From Salinivirgaceae bacterium (GTDB lineage: Bacteria > Bacteroidota > Bacteroidia > Bacteroidales > SZUA-534): a stretch of DNA of 64,000 bases. The notes under the pieces are model-generated. The model saw only the letters and a program-made list of their open reading frames with translations. It searched no databases and was not told where the DNA came from. The stretch lies in the NCBI GenBank assembly GCA_016284875.1, contig JAEEPS010000002.1, positions 18,363-82,362 on the forward strand, given 5' to 3'. Below are positions 36,415-44,417 of this stretch, piece after piece. Position numbers and translations under genes: made by a program. Numbering within the stretch: the stretch's first letter is position 1; each line of letters starts with the position of its first letter.

Positions 36415-37812
36415 TTATCTTCGTCCACGACCGCCACCACTACTGTGACCGCCACTACTGTGACCGCCACTGCTATGACTGCCGCCACTACTGCGGCTGC
36501 CACCGCTGTAACTGCCACCGCTGCTGTGACTACTGCCACTACTGCGGCTGCCACCGCTGTAACTGCCACCGCTGTAACTGCCACCGCTGCTGTGACTACT
36601 GCCACTACTGCGGCTGCCACTGCTGTAACTGCTGTGCGATGAGCCAGAACTTGACGAAGATGAAGATGAAGATGAAGATGAACTTGACCGGAATGAAGAA
36701 CTACTGCTACTATGCGAAGTTCCGCTACTACTACTGCTACTACTGCTACTGCCGCTGCTGTATGTAGAGCTTGACCCGCGAGTTGCTGTGCTCACCCTGC
36801 TGCCTGTACGCGCTGTTGTGCTTGGCTGTTGCTGCACACTGCGTCCACGGCTTTGTGTTGCTGATGCCGATCTTGTTGATGATGAAGCACTTCCTTGATT
36901 AACGTTGCTGTTATTACTATTGGTTGCCTGACTTGATGAACTTCTGCTGGCTCCGCTTTGCGAAACAGAACCATTGGTAGTTGAAGTGCGTCCGCGAACT
37001 GCCGTGCTTGACGAAGCCGCCGTGCTTGACGAACCCGATCCGCCTGAATGACCAACTACAGTTGAAGAGTTGCCACTATTCCGCGACTCTCCACTTCGTC
37101 CGCGAATTACAGTTCGATCATCACGCGACGACGAGGTGCTGGTTGTCGCACTCCGCCTTGGGCCATAGTTGCGACTGTTGCTGCTGCTGGCATAGTTGCT
37201 GTGATGATGGCGATGGCGATAAGTGTACAACGGATAATAATGCCGATAGTATGGATAGTAATGGTGGTAGTACCACGGATCGTAATATCCATAATAGTAA
37301 TCCCAATATGAGTAATAACTCGGATAATAGTGATACCCGTAATACCAATTATTATAATAATGATGATGATAACGCCATGAATAAGGATAGCCGAATGTCA
37401 AGTCCCAAGCCAAATCCCAAGCAAGATCATCCCATCCCCAACGGTCATAATAATAAACATGCACATTGACAGGTTGGACATTGACATCTGTCTCTCCATC
37501 AGCGAAATACTTTCCATCATAATCATCACTGAAACGCATCAAACGGCGCTCGTACTCTCCCATCTCGCCGTCATCAGTCTCTCCTCCGTCATAATTATCA
37601 GCATCGTCATTATCTCTGTTGACTTTTGCCATCTGATATTCTTCCGATTCGGAAGCCGATGTCTGAGCATAACTCGTTTCCTGTTTGATGTCAGTCTTAG
37701 GATTGAAATAAACGTCGTCGTAATAATACCCCGTCAATCCTGCTGTTGAACCGCATGAAGCAGCAAACCCTGTTGCCGCCGCTGCCACTAATAATAAAGT
37801 TAGATTTTTCAT
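36415..37812 (-). CDS. Extreme low-complexity lipoprotein: acidic segment, Tyr/His/Trp-rich segment, long Ser/Thr/Gly/Arg-rich tail with tandem GGSYS/SSGSSHS repeats
   Basis: 465-aa ORF with the canonical lipobox GFAASC. The aromatic block reads WRYHHHYYNNWYYGYHYYPSYYSYWDYYYGYYDPWYYHHYYPYYRHYY. The last roughly 270 aa are almost entirely S/T/G/R/N/H. It ends 33 nt upstream of the FadL-like gene. Confidence 0.7.
   Translation of the reverse strand: MKNLTLLLVAAAATGFAASCGSTAGLTGYYYDDVYFNPKTDIKQETSYAQTSASESEEYQMAKVNRDNDDADNYDGGETDDGEMGEYERRLMRFSDDYDGKYFADGETDVNVQPVNVHVYYYDRWGWDDLAWDLAWDLTFGYPYSWRYHHHYYNNWYYGYHYYPSYYSYWDYYYGYYDPWYYHHYYPYYRHYYPLYTYRHRHHHSNYASSSNSRNYGPRRSATTSTSSSRDDRTVIRGRSGESRNSGNSSTVVGHSGGSGSSSTAASSSTAVRGRTSTTNGSVSQSGASRSSSSQATNSNNSNVNQGSASSSTRSASATQSRGRSVQQQPSTTARTGSRVSTATRGSSSTYSSGSSSSSSSSSGTSHSSSSSSFRSSSSSSSSSSSSSSGSSHSSYSSGSRSSGSSHSSGGSYSGGSYSGGSRSSGSSHSSGGSYSGGSRSSGGSHSSGGHSSGGHSSGGGRGRR
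36425..36730. repeat. In-frame tandem DNA repeats (15-nt subunit; 51- and 66-nt higher-order units; GAAGAT hexamer run)
   Basis: gccactactgcggctgccaccgctgtaactgccaccgctgctgtgactact at 36484-36534 recurs at 36535-36600 with one extra 15-nt unit, and again partially from 36601. (gaagat)n lies around 36655-36685. Confidence 0.85.
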
Positions 37813-37982
37813 AGTAGTATGATATTAGGTTTATTGGTTTGTCTCAAAAATTGTGCCACTATTAAATTATCAAATTTCGGTGTTTTTTAGAGTTCTCCTC
37901 AACTCTTTTAATTTACTTTGCACCATCTTTATTAAAAGATAAAATTAGTAAAACATTACAAAAATACCAAATAAAAAAGACG

Positions 37983-39455
37983 ATGGGCAAATTTTTGACT
38001 TCGAGAAGCGAGAATTACTCGCAATGGTACAACGAGTTGGTTGTGAAAGCCGACTTGGCCGAGAACTCAGCCGTCAGGGGCTGTATGGTGATAAAACCTT
38101 ATGGATATGCAATTTGGGAGAAGATGCACGATGCTCTCGACAAGATGTTTAAGGACACCGGACACGTGAATGCTTATTTCCCGCTTTTCATTCCGAAATC
38201 GTTCCTTAGCCGCGAGGCCGACCACGTTGAGGGCTTTGCCAAGGAGTGCGCCGTGGTTACTCACTACCGTCTGAAAACCAATCCCGACGGCTCGGGCGTG
38301 ATTGTTGACCCCGAAGCCAAACTTGAGGAGGAGCTGATTGTCCGCCCAACATCGGAGACTATCATCTGGAGTACATATAAAAACTGGATTCAGTCATACC
38401 GCGACCTGCCGATTCTGTGCAACCAATGGGCCAACGTTGTCCGCTGGGAGATGCGTACGCGCTTGTTCCTTCGCACTGCTGAATTCCTTTGGCAGGAAGG
38501 TCACACTGCCCACGCCACCAAAGAGGAGGCTGAGGTTGAGGCTCGCCGCATGCTCGATGTTTATGCCAAGTTTGCCGAAGAGTTTATGGCCGTGCCGGTC
38601 ATCAAGGGTGTGAAGACTGCCAACGAGCGTTTTGCCGGTGCTCTCGACACCTACTGCATCGAGGCTCTGATGCAGGATGGCAAGGCTCTACAGGCTGGAA
38701 CATCGCACTTCCTTGGTCAGAATTTCGCGAAAGCGTTCGATGTGAAATTCCTGAACAAAGAGGGCAAACAAGAGTTGGTTTGGGCCACAAGTTGGGGTGT
38801 ATCGACTCGCCTGATGGGCGCGCTCATCATGTCGCATTCTGATGACAACGGTCTTGTTCTGCCGCCGAAACTCGCACCAATTCAGGTGGTTATCGTGCCT
38901 ATCTTCAAAGGTGACGAAGAGAATGCCAAGATGCGTGAGTTGGGCAACAAACTCAAAGCCGATCTTGAGGCTAAAGGTCTGTCAGTCAAGTTCGACGACC
39001 GCGACACGCAGAAACCGGGCTGGAAGTTTGCTCAGTACGAACTGCAGGGCGTTCCGGTGCGCATCGCCTTTGGTGCCCGCGACCTTGAGAACGGCACCGT
39101 TGAGATTGCCCGTCGCGACACACTCGAGAAAGAGACCTACCCGGTTGGTCAGGCTGTTGACATCTGCACAAAACTGATGGACGAGATTCAGGCCAACATC
39201 TATAAGAAAGCGCTCGATTTCCGCGCTGCCAACATCACCAAAGTTGACACTTGGGAAGAGTTTGAGGCTGCGCTTGAGAAGGGCGGATTTGTGTCGGCTC
39301 ACTGGGACGGCACCACCGAGACCGAGGTTGCAATCAAAGAGAAGACAAAGGCCACCATCCGCTGCATTCCGTTGGGCAACCCGCTCGAGGAAGGCAAGTG
39401 CATCCTGACTGGCAAGCCGTCGAAGCAGCGCGTGCTGTTCGCAATTGCTTATTAA
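37983..39455 (+). CDS. proS: Proline--tRNA ligase (archaeal/eukaryote-like class IIa type)
   Basis: 490 aa with the N-terminus [38 protein letters not shown] and the C-terminal ...RVLFAIAY typical of this ProRS type. Confidence 0.95.
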   Translation: MGKFLTSRSENYSQWYNELVVKADLAENSAVRGCMVIKPYGYAIWEKMHDALDKMFKDTGHVNAYFPLFIPKSFLSREADHVEGFAKECAVVTHYRLKTNPDGSGVIVDPEAKLEEELIVRPTSETIIWSTYKNWIQSYRDLPILCNQWANVVRWEMRTRLFLRTAEFLWQEGHTAHATKEEAEVEARRMLDVYAKFAEEFMAVPVIKGVKTANERFAGALDTYCIEALMQDGKALQAGTSHFLGQNFAKAFDVKFLNKEGKQELVWATSWGVSTRLMGALIMSHSDDNGLVLPPKLAPIQVVIVPIFKGDEENAKMRELGNKLKADLEAKGLSVKFDDRDTQKPGWKFAQYELQGVPVRIAFGARDLENGTVEIARRDTLEKETYPVGQAVDICTKLMDEIQANIYKKALDFRAANITKVDTWEEFEAALEKGGFVSAHWDGTTETEVAIKEKTKATIRCIPLGNPLEEGKCILTGKPSKQRVLFAIAY

Positions 39456-39488
39456 TTGAAGGACAGATTAATTGAATAACAGAAAGGA

Positions 39489-39520
39489 GCCTGACGGGCA
39501 TATGCTTGTCGGGCTTTTTT
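39489..39520 (+). terminator. Rho-independent terminator after proS
   Basis: GCCTGAC-12 nt-GTCGGGC stem with one G-U pair, followed by TTTTTT. Confidence 0.65.
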
Positions 39521-39590
39521 CGTTTCCGTCCCCGCCCCCATTTTCAATTGTTATTTTTTAATTGTTATTTTGCCTAAAAAAATTACCATC

Positions 39591-40637
39591 ATGCTTGATT
39601 ATAGCGAAGTAACACTAAATCAGATTGTTGTGCACAACATTGGCAGCCGTTCTGAAGACCAAGGTGTGCAGATTTCGAAAGCACCGACGCAGATTTTTGA
39701 CGAAACGGCCGAGGACATTCTAAAAACATATTTCCTGTCGCATTTCAAGACCGAATACTTCTACCAATTTGTGGATAACGAAGATTTACAGCAAAATGCG
39801 GTTTACGATTCCGTCAGCAAGGTGTTCGACGACAATGCCCAGTTCTATCAGCAATCCACCAACATCGCCTGGCATCTGTATGAGAAATCGAATAACCAGA
39901 ACATTAAAACCGGCGAGTTCTACATGGTGTATTTCAGCGGGATACAGATTGACGGTGTGGCGGTTGATGCCATCGGTATATTCAAATCGGAAAACAAGGA
40001 CACATATATAAAGGTGTGCCAGCAAGGCGACAGTTACGGCGTTGAATACGAAAACGGCATCAATATCAAGAAGTTGGACAAAGGATGCCTGATTCTGAAC
40101 AACGAGCGCGAGACAGGCTACCAGGTGGCCATTGTCGACAGCACCAACCGCGGCGATGAGGCGATGTACTGGCGCGAGAGTTTCCTGAACGTGATGCCGC
40201 GTGAGAATGAATACTACCAGACCAACCAACTGTTCGACATCTGCAAGAATTTCAGCCACGATATGCTCACATCGCAAAACAAGGTTGACAAGGCCGACCA
40301 GGTGACTTTTATGAAGCGCGCCGAGCAGTTCTTCAACACAAACGACTTTTTCGACAGCGAACAGTTCAAGAACGATGTTATTGGTAACGAGCAGGTTAGC
40401 GCAGCATTCGAAGACTACAAGCGCAAGTTCGAGAACCAGAAGATGCTCTCGCCGATTGACCAGTTCGAGATTTCGGGCGAGGCCGTCAAACGTGGCAAGA
40501 AATATTTCCGCAGCGTGATTAAACTCGACAAGAATTTCCACATCTACGTGCACGCCAATCCCGACTACATTGAGAAAGGATTTGACGAGCACAAAGGTTT
40601 GAAATTCTACAAGTTATTCTTTAGTAACGAGGAGTAG
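39591..40637 (+). CDS. Nucleoid-associated protein, NdpA/YejK-like (NA37 family)
   Basis: About 348 aa from the ATG at 39591 (the track ORF begins at a TTG at 39570). LNQIVVHNIGSRSE near the N-terminus and the overall size fit the family. Confidence 0.6.
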   Translation: MLDYSEVTLNQIVVHNIGSRSEDQGVQISKAPTQIFDETAEDILKTYFLSHFKTEYFYQFVDNEDLQQNAVYDSVSKVFDDNAQFYQQSTNIAWHLYEKSNNQNIKTGEFYMVYFSGIQIDGVAVDAIGIFKSENKDTYIKVCQQGDSYGVEYENGINIKKLDKGCLILNNERETGYQVAIVDSTNRGDEAMYWRESFLNVMPRENEYYQTNQLFDICKNFSHDMLTSQNKVDKADQVTFMKRAEQFFNTNDFFDSEQFKNDVIGNEQVSAAFEDYKRKFENQKMLSPIDQFEISGEAVKRGKKYFRSVIKLDKNFHIYVHANPDYIEKGFDEHKGLKFYKLFFSNEE

Positions 40638-40776
40638 TGGTTAGGCATTAGGCATTAGTAAATTAGGAATTAGAAATATTAAACTTGTTAAACCTGTTAA
40701 ACTTTAAACTTATACCTTGTACCTTGAACCTTGTAACTTTAAACTTCGAAAACTTATAACTTAAAATATAAATAAT
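40638..40776. repeat. Composite heptad-periodic repeat tract (TAG-containing GCATTAG-type units, AAACTTGTT words, TTGnAAC units)
   Basis: ggttag gcattag gcattag taaattag gaattag ... aaacttgttaaacctgttaaactttaaac ... ttgtacc ttgaacc ttgtaac tttaaac ... ttataac ttaaaat, running up to the ATG at 40777. Confidence 0.85.
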
Positions 40777-41064
40777 ATGGCAAGCAAAAGACAACTCAAA
40801 GGCGACATCTGTTTCATTGTCAAAGAGATGATTAGCGAATGCATTGCATACACAATGCTGGTTCCGAACGTCGACATCAAGGCCACTGAAGACTTGATAA
40901 ACGACATTTTGGATTATTATGGCAAGGCTCTGACTGACATCAACGCAGTGCGCAAAAACAAGACCGACGAGCGCGGCGACAACTTGAAAGCCATCCGCAA
41001 CGACGTCCGTCAGAAGGTGGCAGAATTCGTTGGCCGTATGGCAAAACTCAGCGAAAGCAAATAA
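40777..41064 (+). CDS. Hypothetical small protein (95 aa)
   Basis: ATG-initiated ORF with coding-like composition and predicted helical character, between the repeat tract and thrS. No recognisable family. Confidence 0.45.
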   Translation: MASKRQLKGDICFIVKEMISECIAYTMLVPNVDIKATEDLINDILDYYGKALTDINAVRKNKTDERGDNLKAIRNDVRQKVAEFVGRMAKLSESK

Positions 41065-41134
41065 AAAAGAAAACTATTGGCAAAACGGAACACAAATAGT
41101 ACCTTTGCCGACCATTTTTAGTGGACGTACTATT

Positions 41135-43075
<1,941 letters not shown>

Positions 43076-43090
43076 TTATAGGAGAACCAT

Positions 43091-43642
43091 ATAATAGAAA
43101 ACAAACCACAAGGGAAGTCCGGGTCAGATGACAAGGCTGCCAATAGGATTAATGAGGAAATCAGAGTGCCGAAAGTCCGCTTAGTGGGCGACAACGTGGA
43201 GCAAGGCATCTACAGCATTCGCGACGCTCTGAAAATTGCCGAAGAACAAGGAGTTGACTTGGTGGAGATTTCGCCAAACGCCGACCCACCGGTATGCAAA
43301 GTGATTGATTACAGCAAGTTCCTTTATGCTTTGAAAAAGAAGCAGAAGGAGATGAAAGCCAACGCTTCGAAGGTTGTAATCAAGGTTATCCGCTTCGGGC
43401 CGCAAACCGATGAGCACGATTTCAACTTCAAAAAGAACCACGCAATCAAGTTCCTTGAAGAGGGTGCGAAAGTGAAGGTTTACGTGTTCTTCAAAGGCCG
43501 CTCAATCCTGTTCAAAGACCAGGGCGAATTGGTTCTGCTGAGACTGGCCAACGAACTTGAGGACTACGGCAAAGTTGAGCAGTTGCCGACTCTTGAGGGT
43601 AAAAGAATGATAATGACTATTGTACCGAAAAAGAAAAAATAA
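43091..43642 (+). CDS. infC: Translation initiation factor IF-3, probably initiated at a non-canonical ATA codon
   Basis: The conserved N-terminus ...[19 protein letters not shown] extends upstream of the GTG used by the ORF track. No in-frame ATG, GTG or TTG lies between the upstream stop (43079-43081) and that motif; candidate starts are ATA at 43091 and 43094. The 5-prime boundary is uncertain. Confidence 0.8.
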   Translation: MIENKPQGKSGSDDKAANRINEEIRVPKVRLVGDNVEQGIYSIRDALKIAEEQGVDLVEISPNADPPVCKVIDYSKFLYALKKKQKEMKANASKVVIKVIRFGPQTDEHDFNFKKNHAIKFLEEGAKVKVYVFFKGRSILFKDQGELVLLRLANELEDYGKVEQLPTLEGKRMIMTIVPKKKK

Positions 43643-43661
43643 ATTTAAATTTTGTACAGTT

Positions 43662-43859
43662 ATGCCTAAGATGAAAACCAATTCCGGCGCAAAGAAAAGA
43701 TTCGTGCTTACAGGCACCGGAAAAATCAAAAGAAAACACGCTTACAAAAGCCACATCCTGACTAAGAAAGGGACTAAGCAGAAGCGTAACCTGACCTATT
43801 TCACAACCGTTGACAAGGCTGATGTTAAGAACATCAAACTTTGCCTGGCAATGAGATAG
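43662..43859 (+). CDS. rpmI: 50S ribosomal protein L35
   Basis: [36 protein letters not shown]..., 65 aa, starting at the ATG at 43662. Confidence 0.95.
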   Translation: MPKMKTNSGAKKRFVLTGTGKIKRKHAYKSHILTKKGTKQKRNLTYFTTVDKADVKNIKLCLAMR

Positions 43860-43960
43860 TCAATCCAAAAAATTAATTTTAATTGTTTAACCGCGAATGT
43901 TTTAGCTGTCGAAGTTTCCTAAAGGAGAGGAACGCTAACCATTCCTAAAATCGTAAAATT

Positions 43961-44305
43961 ATGCCGCGTTCAGTAAATCACGTAGCTTCAAGAGCAAGAA
44001 GGAAGAAAATTTTAAAACAAACCAAAGGTAATTTCCTTGGCCGCGCCAATGTGTGGACCGTTGCCAAAAACACCTTTGAAAAAGGCCAACAATACGCCTA
44101 TCGCGACCGCCGCAACAAGAAACGCTCATTCCGCGCTTTGTGGATTCAGCGTATCAATGCCGGCGCCCGCCAATATGGGTTGTCATACTCAGAACTTATT
44201 GGCAAACTGGCGAAAGCAAATGTTGAAATCAACCGCAAAGTCCTTGCCGACCTTGCAATGAACCAACCAAAGGCTTTCGAAGCCGTAGTTAATTCGGTAA
44301 AATAA
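43961..44305 (+). CDS. rplT: 50S ribosomal protein L20
   Basis: [23 protein letters not shown]...[25 protein letters not shown], 114 aa. Confidence 0.95.
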   Translation: MPRSVNHVASRARRKKILKQTKGNFLGRANVWTVAKNTFEKGQQYAYRDRRNKKRSFRALWIQRINAGARQYGLSYSELIGKLAKANVEINRKVLADLAMNQPKAFEAVVNSVK

Positions 44306-44337
44306 ATCAAGATTTTCAATTGAGGTACAATAGATTA

Positions 44338-44366
44338 AGCCGTTCCTTAGGGGACGGCTTTTTTTA
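44338..44366 (+). terminator. Rho-independent terminator after rplT
   Basis: GCCGTTCC-ttag-GGGACGGC stem followed by TTTTTTT. Confidence 0.75.
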
Positions 44367-44417
44367 TAGGGTGAATGAAACAAACCAATAGTGAGAGACA
44401 CTCCTCTCCTATTACTT

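Noticed and set aside
36367-36642. Thr/Ala/Val-only ORFs (91 aa plus strand, 73 aa minus strand) over the tandem repeats
   Set aside because: They are alternative-frame readings of the 15-nt repeat DNA. The frame with a lipobox, a 465-aa length and operon context is preferred.
39786-40592. 268-aa minus-strand ORF
   Set aside because: It is antisense to the NdpA-like gene and has a Val/Leu/His-rich nonsense composition.
43142-43154. The 11-mer ATAGGATTAAT occurs three times (43143, 56175, 63704), and CAATAGGATTAAT occurs twice
   Set aside because: My back-of-envelope expectation for a 64-kb window is about 30 chance 13-mer pairs and a few chance 11-mer triples. One copy lies inside infC coding sequence. 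I treat this as coincidence.
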